Source: Candidatus Brocadiia bacterium (GTDB taxonomy: Bacteria; Planctomycetota; Brocadiia; CAIUPP01). Taken from it: DNA of 64,000 nucleotides. The notes under the pieces were generated by a model. The model saw only the letters and a list, made by a program, of their open reading frames with translations, made no database searches and had not been told where the DNA came from. Shown here piece after piece: positions 45,981 to 55,531 of this stretch (its first letter is position 1; every line of letters starts with the position of its first letter). The position numbers and the translations under genes were made by a program. The DNA is taken from the NCBI GenBank assembly GCA_052139675.1, contig JBKQWE010000033.1, forward strand, positions 12,122 to 76,121, in the 5' to 3' direction.

Positions 45981-46826
45981 GTGAAAGATTCCAAAAACCT
46001 GGTCTACCTCGGCGACAACCTGCCGATCCTTCAGCGGTTGGCGGCGGGCTCAGTCCATCTCATCTACGTTGACCCGCCGTTCAACACCGGCGGCCGGCAG
46101 AGCCGCCTGCAACTGAAGACCGTGCGCTCGGAGGACGGCGACCGCGTCGGATTCGGCGGGCGCCGCTATCGGACCGTCCGGCTCGGGAGCCGCGCGTTCG
46201 CGGACCGGTTCGAGGACTACATCGCGTTCCTGCGGCCGAGGATGGTCGAGGCCCGCCGCGTCCTGGCGCCGGCCGGCTCGATCTACGTCCACCTGAATTA
46301 CCGCGAGGCGCATTACGCCAAGGTGATGCTCGACGAGATCTTCGGCCGCGAGTGCTTCCTGAACGAGATCGTCTGGGCCTACGATTACGGGGCGCGGACG
46401 CGGATGCGCTGGCCGGCGAAGCACGACAACATCCTCTTCTACGTGAAAGACCCGGAGCATTACACGTTCAACGCCGACGCGGTGGACCGCATCCCGTACA
46501 TGGCGCCGGAGCTGGTCGGCGAGGAGAAGGCGCGGCGGGGCAAGCTGCCGACCGACACCTGGTGGCACACGATCGTCAGCCCGACGGGCAAGGAGAAGAC
46601 CGGCTACCCGACGCAGAAGCCGCTCGGCATCCTGCGCCGGATGATCCTCGCCTCATCGAACCCGGGCGACCTGGTGCTGGACTTCTTCGCCGGCAGCGGC
46701 ACCACCGGCGTCGCCGCGCACGAGTCGGGCCGCCGGTTCATCCTGGTGGACGACAACCCGCAGGCGTTCGAGGTCATGCGAAAACGCCTGAAGGGAATGA
46801 ACGTCCGGTTCGTCAGCGCGCGCTGA
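45981..46826 (+). CDS. DNA methyltransferase, beta class (N4/N6, PF01555-like), orphan
   Basis: GTG start (in frame, first start after the repeat array). Motif IV IYVDPPFN near the N-terminus and motif I DLVLDFFAGSGTTGVAA near the C-terminus (beta-class order). No endonuclease gene adjacent. Confidence 0.8.
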   Translation: MKDSKNLVYLGDNLPILQRLAAGSVHLIYVDPPFNTGGRQSRLQLKTVRSEDGDRVGFGGRRYRTVRLGSRAFADRFEDYIAFLRPRMVEARRVLAPAGSIYVHLNYREAHYAKVMLDEIFGRECFLNEIVWAYDYGARTRMRWPAKHDNILFYVKDPEHYTFNADAVDRIPYMAPELVGEEKARRGKLPTDTWWHTIVSPTGKEKTGYPTQKPLGILRRMILASSNPGDLVLDFFAGSGTTGVAAHESGRRFILVDDNPQAFEVMRKRLKGMNVRFVSAR

Positions 46827-46975
46827 ATCGGCTTGTCCGCCGGGATACACCCGCCCATTGCCACTTTCGCAGCCTGTGAAGGTGGAGGAATCAGGGTTAA
46901 TTTCCCCGGCCCCCTCGCGTCAATAGTCCTGTATGGTATCCCCGGAATACCCGGAATCCGGAATCCGTAAAGCGA

Positions 46976-47884
46976 TCACGGTCTCGGCGCGCAGACGACC
47001 CGGAAACCGAAGACGTAGTCGTGCCGGAACGACGGACCGTAGCCGAAGCGATTGGCGGAGCGGCAGCGCCTCGGAAGGTCGAGCCAGGAACCGCCGCGCA
47101 GCACGCGCATCTCACCTTTCTCCGGCCCCGGTGGGTCGTCGGTCGGGCTGTTCTTGTAATACCCTTCGTCATACCAATCCTGGCACCATTCCCACACGTT
47201 CCCGTGCATGTCGTAAAGCCCAAAGCCGTTCGCCGCAAAGCTTCCGACCGCCACAGTCTTCCCTCGGCATTCTCCCTTGCGCCCGTTTCCGTAGGCGGAG
47301 GTCCCATCGTAGTTCGCCTGGTCGGTCGAGATCGTTTCACCGGTATTGAAGGGCGTCGTCGTCCCCGCTCGGCACGCATATTCCCACTCCGCCTCAGTCG
47401 GCAACCGGATCGTCTGCCCCGTCTTCGCCGACAGTTTCTTGCAGAATTCCATCGCGTCGTCCCAGGAGACCTGCTCCACGGGATTCCTTTCTCCCTGGAA
47501 ATTCGACGGATTCTCTCCCATCACGGCTTCGTATTGCGCCTGCGTCACCACATAGACGCCCATGTAAAACGGCTTCGTGATCTTCACCCGGTGCTGCGGT
47601 TGCTCATTCTGGAACCATTCCGCCTTTGCTTCCTCACCGGCGCTCTTTCGTGCGACCTGCTCCGGCGGTTCATCGCCGCCCATCTTGAACTCTCCAGCCG
47701 GAATAAGAACCAGCTTCATGCTCACGCCAACACTCAACCCAAGGGGTTGTATAGTGCCGCAGTAAAGAGTTAATTCCTTCGGCGGCTTCACCGTTGGGCG
47801 GTTCTCCTCGGCCCGTGCAACTGCCATCATGCCCAGGCTCGCCGCCGCAAACGCCATCAGAGTCCCCAGGAATCGCTTCTTCAT
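46976..47884 (-). CDS. formylglycine-generating enzyme (FGE/SUMF1) family protein, secreted
   Basis: Signal peptide. FGE signature HGNVWEWCQDWY and RGGSW. Confidence 0.8.
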   Translation of the reverse strand: MKKRFLGTLMAFAAASLGMMAVARAEENRPTVKPPKELTLYCGTIQPLGLSVGVSMKLVLIPAGEFKMGGDEPPEQVARKSAGEEAKAEWFQNEQPQHRVKITKPFYMGVYVVTQAQYEAVMGENPSNFQGERNPVEQVSWDDAMEFCKKLSAKTGQTIRLPTEAEWEYACRAGTTTPFNTGETISTDQANYDGTSAYGNGRKGECRGKTVAVGSFAANGFGLYDMHGNVWEWCQDWYDEGYYKNSPTDDPPGPEKGEMRVLRGGSWLDLPRRCRSANRFGYGPSFRHDYVFGFRVVCAPRP

Positions 47885-48034
47885 GGCTCTCGTCTTTTCT
47901 CCAAGCCGGAATTTCCCAGAGGGCCGCCGTCCACATATCGCGCGCAGTACGCTGCGCGCTCATGGCGTTCAGCCGTCAAATCCCGCATTCTGACCGCCAC
48001 CCGCAACACTCCCTGGCGATCTTGAGAAGGCGCT

Positions 48035-49747
48035 CTACCAGACCCTGGCCGATTCGGCGGGCTCGGAGTCCTCCCGAATGTCCTTTTCTTCCTCGAGGTA
48101 AATCCGGATCGTGTTGCCGTCCTTGCCGCGCTTGACGGTGAGTCGCCGGTCGCCTACCTGGTAGCGGATCTCGTCCGGCTTGCCGAGGAACGGGGCGACG
48201 GCTTTGCGGACCTCATCGCCGCGGAAGTCTTTCACGATCAGCCAGCTTCCCGATCCGTCGGCGACTGGGCCGCTCTTGCCGGACATCTCGGCGGGCGCGA
48301 GGGAATCGAGCGTCACACACAGGCCGCCTTTGCGGACGAAGGCGCGGACCGCGTCCATCGTCTGCGGGCTGATCTGCACGCCGGTGAGGAAGACCAGTTT
48401 TAGCCCCGCGAGTTCCTTCGCGCCGGCGAGGTGGTCGTACATCACCGCGCCGCGGAGCGGGCAGAAGAAGTCGTGCGGGAGCCCGGCGTAGCTGCGATTG
48501 TGGAACGACAGGCCGCCTTCGCGCGTCTGGCCGTGAGTCAGCAGGCTCCAGATCTGGAACCAGGCGGCCGTCGCGGGCGTGCTCTTCAGGTTCGCCGCGC
48601 CGTAGAGCGCGTCGGGCAGCCACGAGTCGGCCTGGCCCCAGCAGGAGTCGTCGAACCGGACGATGGCCACCTCCGGGCGGATGTCGCGGAAGTCATACGG
48701 CCGCGGATGGGCCGGCACGTATTCCTTCACGAACCACTCGTAGACCTTGCCGTAGGCGGTGGTCTCGTACCGGACGACGCCGTTCTCCTCTTTCCGCTCG
48801 ATGAGCCCGCGGATGTTCTCGACGAAGATGCGCCGGGCCCCGATCCAGTAGGCGTAGAGGAGCGAGCAGCGCAGTTCCTCCGGCGGATGGCCCGGGAAGC
48901 CGGAGAGCCCCCAAAGGTCCGGCGTGACGCAGAACTCGCGCCCGTACTCGCGCGCCGCGCCCATCGCGATGGCGGCGAAGACCGGATCAATGCCTTCCTT
49001 CAGGAACTTGGTAGCCGGGTCGAAGCCGGCCCGCGCGAAGGTGTGGAACATGACGGGGAAGACGTGCTCGCTCATGGGCGTGACGCCCGCGCGGCGGTAG
49101 TTTTCCGCGACGGCCCCGGCGCTGGAGCAGACGGCGTTATAGGCCTGTTCCAGCGTCATCCCGTCGGTGGCCGCGAAGTACGGATGCACCCGGCCGGTGG
49201 AGCGGTCGTCCGACCCGCCGTTGGTGTTGCTGCCGCGGCGCATCTGGCCGTGCTCGGCCTCGTCGTAGAGCACGCCGCGGAACTCCGGATGCTGCACGGC
49301 GATCTCCAGCGTCCGCCCGGCGATGTCCCAGCGGTGCGTCCCGTCCGGGTGGGCGAGGACGTCCTTGCCGTCCTTGTCCAGGATGTCGCCTTCCTTGGTG
49401 TAATTGGTGACCTCCTGGTTGGCGAAGAAGGTCAGGTGGGCCTGGCGGCACGCCGCGCAGAAATCGCCAAGGCCCTGCTCGGAGGCTTCCCATCGGCGGC
49501 CGCGGCCGGCGTCATTCCGCTCAGGTCCGAACTGGCAGACGATGAAGTCCGCGCCGAGGTCGCGGACGGCTTTCAGATAAACCGCGAGGGACTCGGCGTC
49601 GCGCGGCGCGCCGCCTTCGAGGCCGAACTCGCAAGTGGATTTGGACATCGCGTTTGTCTCCTGCGCGCCCTCCGCGCCAATTGAGGCGGCCCCGCCTGAG
49701 ATCAAGGCCGCCAGGGCAAGCGTTCCCAGGACGGAGGGCCCCATCAT
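48035..49747 (-). CDS. secreted hypothetical protein (about 570 aa)
   Basis: Start at MMGPSVLGTLALAALISGGAASIGA (signal peptide). The 38 upstream codons of the track ORF are the translation of a (GAGGAC)n hairpin and were excluded. Confidence 0.5.
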   Translation of the reverse strand: MMGPSVLGTLALAALISGGAASIGAEGAQETNAMSKSTCEFGLEGGAPRDAESLAVYLKAVRDLGADFIVCQFGPERNDAGRGRRWEASEQGLGDFCAACRQAHLTFFANQEVTNYTKEGDILDKDGKDVLAHPDGTHRWDIAGRTLEIAVQHPEFRGVLYDEAEHGQMRRGSNTNGGSDDRSTGRVHPYFAATDGMTLEQAYNAVCSSAGAVAENYRRAGVTPMSEHVFPVMFHTFARAGFDPATKFLKEGIDPVFAAIAMGAAREYGREFCVTPDLWGLSGFPGHPPEELRCSLLYAYWIGARRIFVENIRGLIERKEENGVVRYETTAYGKVYEWFVKEYVPAHPRPYDFRDIRPEVAIVRFDDSCWGQADSWLPDALYGAANLKSTPATAAWFQIWSLLTHGQTREGGLSFHNRSYAGLPHDFFCPLRGAVMYDHLAGAKELAGLKLVFLTGVQISPQTMDAVRAFVRKGGLCVTLDSLAPAEMSGKSGPVADGSGSWLIVKDFRGDEVRKAVAPFLGKPDEIRYQVGDRRLTVKRGKDGNTIRIYLEEEKDIREDSEPAESARVW

Positions 49748-49776
49748 TCCAACTGGTTTCACTTCGCGCCTCCAAT

Positions 49777-49842
49777 CGTCCTCGTCCTCGATCTCGTCCT
49801 CGTCCTCGAACTTCCGTTCAGAACGGCCGAGGACGAGGACGA
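49777..49842. repeat. (CGTCCT)n/(GAGGAC)n perfect palindrome hairpin
   Basis: tcgtcctcgtcctcg - aacttccgttcagaacggc - cgaggacgaggacga. 15-bp perfect stem, preceded by a tandem copy of the left arm. Confidence 0.6.
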
Positions 49843-50076
49843 GTACGATACTGCCGCCCATACGAATGACGCGCCGCGCTCCAGTCGTCCGATGCTCGTC
49901 ATGAGTGGAAACTACCCCTCCGCAGGCGGACTGTCAAGGTGGAAAAGCGGTTCGGGCGGCCGGACTGGAATCCGGCTTGCGGAATCGAGCGCAAAGGGTA
50001 AAATGAACGGCAGGACGTCTCAGCACCGCAGGGGCATGCATTCATGCATTAGGTTGCAGATCGGACGCGCAACGGC

Positions 50077-51514
50077 CATGAAAGTGAACGTGCTGCAGAA
50101 GTTCACGCTGCTGAGCGCCGGGGCCAGCGCCGTGCTGGCGGTCGGGATGGCGCTGATCGTCTCCTTTATCCTCTCCCGAAACCTCCTCTCGCGGGAGGCG
50201 CAGGTCACGACCGACGCCTTGCGCGTCGTCACGAACGTTGACCTTCCGCAGAAAGAGTTCGACCGCGCCGTCCGCGAGCAGGATGAGCAGACGTTCCGCT
50301 ACATCTGGGGGCACCTCCAACAGATCCCCGAAGTGTTCCGGGTGAAGTTCTACGACACCACCGGAACGATCGTCTGGTCCGATGAGCCTCGACTGGTCGG
50401 CAGGAGCTACCCGGATGATGAGGAACTTCACGAGGCCCTGAACGGCAAAGTGACCGTCGAGATGGGCGCGCAGAAGACGGAACACGAGTTCGAGAAGGGA
50501 ATCGCGCCGGAAGGAGAAATGCTCGAACTCTACGTGCCTCTTCTCACCGAAGACCGGCATTCGGTTTACGGGGTGGCCGAGATTTACAGCCGGCCGATCG
50601 CATACCTGGAAAGGCGGCGATACGGGCTGACCGCTGTTTGGGCCGGCACGCTTGGCGGCGGGCTGGTGCTCTTCTTTTCCCTGTTCGGCCTGTTCCGCAG
50701 CGCGCTCCGCGAGCAGAACCGCCTTCACGCGGTCGAGCAGCGCTATGCCGCGGTGGAGGCCGAGATGAAGGTGGCCGGCGCCATCCAGGCGCGCCTGCTG
50801 CCGCAGACCCTGCCGGAGGCGCCCGGCTATGCGCTGGCGGTTTTTTACCAGTCCCACCGCGAGATCGGCGGAGATTACTATGACGCCTACCTTCTGGCCG
50901 ACGGCGCCCTGTGCATGACCGTCGCCGACAACATGGGCGAAGGGATTCCCGGCGCGCTGCTGATGGCGGATACGCGCATGGCGCTGGCCGCGCGGGCGGG
51001 CGCCATGACGAAGGCCAGCGACGTGGTGCGGAACGCCAACCGCGCGCTGGTCGCGACCGCGCCGCCGGAGACGTTCGCGACGGCGATCTTCGTCAAACTG
51101 GAACCCGGCACGCGCCGGCTGACTTACTGCAACGCCGGACACCCGCCGGGAATGGTGGCGCGCGGCTCGCGCATCATCCTGCTCAATAAGGGCGGCATGC
51201 CGCTGGCCGTGGAACAGGACGAGGAGTACGAAGAGGACGAGGTTCTCCTGGAACCGGGCGACGCGCTGCTCCTGTACACGGACGGGCTGATCGAGGCGGC
51301 GAACCCGAAGGAGGAACTCTTCGGCGGAGAGCGCCTCGCGCGCGTCCTGGGCTACGCGGCCGCGACGCGCGATCCGGAGGCCATCCTCCGGCAAGTCCGC
51401 GACGCCGTGGACGCCTTCCGCGCCGGCGTGGAGCAGCGCGACGACGTCGCGATGCTCTGCATGGTGGTCAAGACGTCGGAGCAGGCGGAATCCGGCGGGC
51501 GAACTTCTGCCTGA
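50077..51514 (+). CDS. PP2C-family (SpoIIE/RsbU-type) serine phosphatase with N-terminal membrane-anchored sensor region
   Basis: N-terminal TM segment (FTLLSAGASAVLAVGMALIVSFIL), extracytoplasmic region, second TM. C-terminal PP2C motifs (GGDYYD...MTVADNMGEGIPGALLMA...YCNAGHPPG...LYTDGL). Confidence 0.7.
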
Positions 51515-52213
51515 AGACCGGCGAGAGCGCTGGCCGCTCGCCTGATTCGCTCAGCGGCCGGCGGCCATCTCGGCTACGGATTGTCCGAGCCCGGGGCCAG
51601 CAGGACGATGAATGCGCACCGCGCGACGTAGAGCGCGGCTTGCAGAATGAAAAGCATCCGCCGATCCTCCTGCTGAACTCCGCCGCTTAGTACAGCATTT
51701 CGCAAGCTCGGCGCTGCGCCTGCTCGCGCCTGCGACTGTCGCGTCTTTCCGCTGTGACCCCTTGGAGGGCCTTTCGCAGCCCTCCAAACCCCCGCGCGGA
51801 AAAAGCGGACCGCTCATCCCTGCCGGCGGGCTCTAGCGCCAATTCGGATGCCGCCAGGTCATTTATTCCGAAGGCGCACACTGTAGAACCCACTCGAGAC
51901 AAGGACGAGCGGCCACAATAGCCGACCGATTCACGTCATATTCGATGGATCAGGAAAGCAACTCGCGTGCCGTTGAGCCGGCGCCGGCGGCTTGGAAACA
52001 GCGCGGCCGGCAGGCTTGCCATAAGACGCAGTGCAACGGTAAGTTGCGGTCGGAGGTTTTACTGAGGCGGGATTCGCGGCGCCTCGGAAGGCTGCGCGCG
52101 CGGCGGCGCAGATGTCCCAGTGCGATACGGTCGTTGCAGATTGGATTGAAGCGGGTTTCGCTAACGGGAGAATGACAGGCGCGCGACTGACGCGGCGCTG
52201 GCGCGGCCGGCAA

Positions 52214-52298
52214 TCGTCCTCGTCCTCGTCGTCGTCCTCGGCCTCGGCCGTTCTGTACGAGAATTCGAGGACGAGGACGACGACGAGGACGAGGACGA
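52214..52298. repeat. (CGTCCT)n/(GAGGAC)n long palindrome hairpin in a convergent intergenic region
   Basis: tcgtcctcgtcctcgtcgtcgtcctcg ... cgaggacgaggacgacgacgaggacgaggacga. Stem of at least 27 bp, 25-nt loop. Confidence 0.6.
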
Positions 52299-52349
52299 AG
52301 AGCAGGAGGACGATTATGCTGCGGTCATCGGACGCCAACGCCGGCTGAT

Positions 52350-53330
52350 TCATCCCTCCTGCGCGGCGTCCAGCAGCGCGAGGACATTTTCGAGCGGCAC
52401 GTCGCGCTGGATGGCGTGAGCGGCGGCGAGGATGTAGCCTCCTCGGCCGCGGAAGAGCGCGGTCATCTTTGCGGTCTCCGCGCGCACGTCGGCGGCGGTC
52501 CCGAACGGCAGCGTGCGCTGAGTCGAGATGCCGCCGTAGAAAGCCAGCCGCCCGGCGAACTGACCCGCGAGCCGCGCGACGTCCATCACCTCCGGCTGGA
52601 ACGGATTGAACACCTGCGCGCCGGCGACGCGGAGGTCCTCCAGGACCGCCGAGCAGTCGCCGCAGCAGTGGAAGAAGACGTCGAGCCCCGCCGATTTCGC
52701 GGCGCCGAAAATTCGACCGAGCCTCGGCGCGAAGTATCGCCGGAACATGCCCGGCGAAAAGAGGAGCCCGGTCTGCTGGGCATAATCGTCGTAGAAGAAG
52801 ATGCCGTCGGCGCCGCGCCGGGCCACCTCGCGCACGATGCCGATGCTGAAGTGCATCAGCCGGTCGAGGAACGCCTCGGTGAACTCCTCACGCAGCGCCA
52901 TGTCCATCATGAAATCCGCCATGCCGCGCAGGAACCACGCGCGCTGAAACAGCGGCGAGCTGAAACAGGCCAGCAGATACCGGTCGCCGGCGGTCGCCGC
53001 GATCTTCTCGTAGCCGATCCATCGCCGCGGGTCGGCCGCGTCGGGGACCGGGCAGAGGTCCAGGTCCGCCTCGGCGATCACCCGGTTCTGCGGCACGCCG
53101 ATGTCGTCGCCGCCGCGCTTGTCCCAGATGACGCCGAACTCGTCGCGGAAACGCTCCTCGCCGAGGGGCTCCATGAGCCCGGCGGCGACGCGGTTGACCT
53201 CGGCGCCGGCGTTGGAGCCGACGTTGATCTGGAGGATGTAGTTCCCGACCGCCTGGTCCACGTCGGGATTGCCGAAGTGCTCGGCGAGCATCCGGCGCAT
53301 CGGCCGCGTGAAGTCGAAGTTGTACGGCAT
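52350..53330 (-). CDS. uroporphyrinogen decarboxylase (URO-D) family protein, second paralog
   Basis: URO-D/MtaA-like TIM-barrel sequence (FFYDDYAQQTGLLFSPGMFRRYFAPRL..., GGYILAAAHAIQRDVPLENV). Start trimmed to MPYNFDF because the upstream codons translate the palindromic repeat (SRESGNPE...SRFRGNDK). Confidence 0.6.
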   Translation of the reverse strand: MPYNFDFTRPMRRMLAEHFGNPDVDQAVGNYILQINVGSNAGAEVNRVAAGLMEPLGEERFRDEFGVIWDKRGGDDIGVPQNRVIAEADLDLCPVPDAADPRRWIGYEKIAATAGDRYLLACFSSPLFQRAWFLRGMADFMMDMALREEFTEAFLDRLMHFSIGIVREVARRGADGIFFYDDYAQQTGLLFSPGMFRRYFAPRLGRIFGAAKSAGLDVFFHCCGDCSAVLEDLRVAGAQVFNPFQPEVMDVARLAGQFAGRLAFYGGISTQRTLPFGTAADVRAETAKMTALFRGRGGYILAAAHAIQRDVPLENVLALLDAAQEG

Positions 53331-53514
53331 CGGGCGGACCGGCTGAAAGGCGAGCGTCCTGCGGATCGCCTCTTTGCGCGTCACCGGGTCAAGCCTCCTG
53401 TTGAAGAACCGTGACGAAGCTCCGGACAGGATAACAAGATCGCGCGGGCGAGAAAAGAGTCCTCTTGCACGCCGTTCAATCAGGCCCGGCGGCGCTTTTG
53501 AAAAAGTCTCCTTG

Positions 53515-53583
53515 TCATTCCCGCGAAAGCGGGAATCCATCCGTTCGGCGCGCGACTCTGGATTCCCGCTTTCGCGGGAATGA
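53515..53583. repeat. REP-like compound palindrome (two GAAA-tetraloop hairpins in inverted orientation)
   Basis: tcattcccgcgaaagcgggaatcca ... tggattcccgctttcgcgggaatga. Perfect 25-bp arms, each containing cccgc-gaaa-gcggg. Confidence 0.6.
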
Positions 53584-53664
53584 CGGTCGAGCTTTCGGAG
53601 ATGGCGGAGCGGAGGCGCGGGACGAGCGGATCTCCTGACGATTTTTCTGCAGCTCCGCCGCCCC

Positions 53665-54261
53665 TCAGTACTTCCGCAGGACGCCGACGACGACGCCGCG
53701 GATTTCGATGCGGTCGGCATAGGTCGGCGACAGCTTCGGGTTCGCGGGCTGGAGGCGGATGCGGCCGTTCGGCTCGAGGTAGAATTTCTTCAGCGTGGCC
53801 TCGCCGCCGGGCAGGATCGCGACGACGGTCTCGCCGTTGACGGCGGTGGAGCGGCGCTCGCAGATGACGTAGTCGCCCTCGCGGATCTGCTCGTCAATCA
53901 TCGAGTCGCCGCGCACGCGGAGGAGGAATGGATCGGGGCGGCCGCGGATGAGCTCGGAGAGATCGAGCACCTCGCGCTCCTCGATCGCCTCGATGGGCGC
54001 GCCGGCGGCGATGGTCCCTGCCAGCGGGATGCGCCGGCCGGCGTGCGGCCTGGCCGGCTCGGAGATTTCGATGGACCGCGACTGGTAGCGGCTGCGCCGG
54101 ATGGCGCCGCGCTTCTCGAGCGCCCGGAGATGCTGCAGGGCGGTGATCTTGGAGACGCCGAATTCGCGCGCGATCTCCTCGAGCGTGGGCGCGTATTCGT
54201 TGGCGTCGCGGAACTTCCGGACGAAGCGCAGGACGTTGAGTTGTTTCGGAGTCAGGTTCAT
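53665..54261 (-). CDS. lexA: LexA repressor (S24 peptidase)
   Basis: MNLTPKQLNVLRFVRKF...wHTH, cleavage-site AG (IAAGAPIE), catalytic GDSM and Lys (VVAILPGGEATLKKF). ggaggga RBS 10 nt upstream of the 54261 start. Confidence 0.85.
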   Translation of the reverse strand: MNLTPKQLNVLRFVRKFRDANEYAPTLEEIAREFGVSKITALQHLRALEKRGAIRRSRYQSRSIEISEPARPHAGRRIPLAGTIAAGAPIEAIEEREVLDLSELIRGRPDPFLLRVRGDSMIDEQIREGDYVICERRSTAVNGETVVAILPGGEATLKKFYLEPNGRIRLQPANPKLSPTYADRIEIRGVVVGVLRKY

Positions 54262-54475
54262 CGGGTCGTTTCCCTCCAGGAGAGCCTCGTTAACCTCCAC
54301 CTAACATTATCGCGCGGCGCGCGGCCGAAGTCAAGCCGGAAAGGCGCGGAGTGGAGGCGGCGGCATCGCAGGCGCGGGGAAACGGGATCGGGAAAACACG
54401 AAGGGCGCGCGGATCGGTTCGAGACCCGCGCGCCCTCAACTATTGTCCTGCGACCGCTCTTCCCGCGAACCGACC

Positions 54476-55186
54476 TCAGGCCCTGGCGACCTTCCGCCGA
54501 GCCAATGCGCCGACGAGGCCGAGTCCGAGGAGCGTCAGAGTCGCCGGCTCGGGAACCCCGCCGGGGCCGCTGGTGACGGTCGTGTCAGGAACCGGGATCC
54601 AGCTCGTGAACGGCGGAGTGTTGACGGTCGGATAGGTGCCGATACCGGAGTTCCAGGCGTAGGTGGAGCACGAGCCGTCCTGCGCGTAGAAGCTGCCCCA
54701 CATCGGCGAGTGCGTGCACTGGAAGGTAAAAACGTCCGAGGTGCACGGCGCGGAGAGTTCAACCGCATAAATGCTGTTGGACCCAAGGCCCGGATTGCTG
54801 CTGGAGCACGTATAGGTCTGTGGCGCGCTGATCGTGCAATCGGCGCCGTTGAAATAATCGAAAACCTGGCAGTAATTGCTCGCCGTGACCGAGGAACTGA
54901 CTTCGAGCAGCATGTGGCAGACCTGGTCCGGCAGGGCTTTGCCACAGGCTTCAGTGAACGTGTACGTATACGTCCATAAGCCGCCTGTGGCTTCGCTGAT
55001 GTTCCAGGAAAGCTCGAGCCCGGTGCCCTTTCCGGAGGAACTCCAGTTGCCGTTGCCGACGATCCCGTCGGAAGTCGGCGTTGACCTGTTGCCGATGAGA
55101 TTGCTTCCCGTCACCGGGAAGCTGACCGCGCTCGCCACGGTAGCCATCAGCGCGACGACAAATGCGGCTATGACCAGTTTTTTCAT
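54476..55186 (-). CDS. PEP-CTERM sorting-domain secreted protein, Ser/Thr/Gly-rich
   Basis: Signal peptide. C-terminus VPEPATLTLLGLGLVGALARRKVARA. Confidence 0.75.
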   Translation of the reverse strand: MKKLVIAAFVVALMATVASAVSFPVTGSNLIGNRSTPTSDGIVGNGNWSSSGKGTGLELSWNISEATGGLWTYTYTFTEACGKALPDQVCHMLLEVSSSVTASNYCQVFDYFNGADCTISAPQTYTCSSSNPGLGSNSIYAVELSAPCTSDVFTFQCTHSPMWGSFYAQDGSCSTYAWNSGIGTYPTVNTPPFTSWIPVPDTTVTSGPGGVPEPATLTLLGLGLVGALARRKVARA

Positions 55187-55531
55187 CTCTTCCCCTTTAC
55201 AGTTTCAAAAGCATGCCCCAGCAGCTGACTAACTCCTCGGTGCGCGCCACATGGCTGCGCTTACTTGCTCATAATCTAGCAAACCCCGTTCCCACCCGCA
55301 ACGGAATCTTAGCCAGCGCCAAATATTGCCACAACTGCTTGCGCAACAAGGCTTTGCTTCTTAGGCCCTGGCGGGTTGAAGTATGGCAACTTCCGTAGAA
55401 ATGTTGTGGAGATTCAACATATGGGCAACGCATGACTATTCCTTTAGACACGGCCCTGTTCCGCAGATTCCGAGCCGATTCTCCTGCGGCCGGTCGCTGG
55501 AGGCTCGCCTGATGGCTTCTCCTCACTCCAG

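Noticed and set aside
42850-47884. Search for a Top6A/Spo11-like (Toprim) partner next to Top6B
   Set aside because: Neither flanking gene (hypothetical 293-aa protein, beta-class MTase, FGE) has Toprim DxD or a winged-helix Tyr motif. The partner, if any, is outside this window.
51931-52353. 140-aa ORF with VLVLVVVLVLEF and EDDDEDEDD
   Set aside because: Entirely the translation of the (GAGGAC)n palindrome. No independent support.
52350-53720. Long N-terminal extension of the URO-D paralog (codons containing SRESGNPE...SRFRGNDK)
   Set aside because: That peptide is the translation of the REP-like palindrome at 53515-53583. The gene was trimmed to the first Met after it.
54262-54475. Canonical SOS box upstream of lexA
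   Set aside because: No CTGT-N8-ACAG palindrome found. A weak gttaac-containing palindrome is present, but the LexA box consensus of this lineage is unknown to me, so no site is called.
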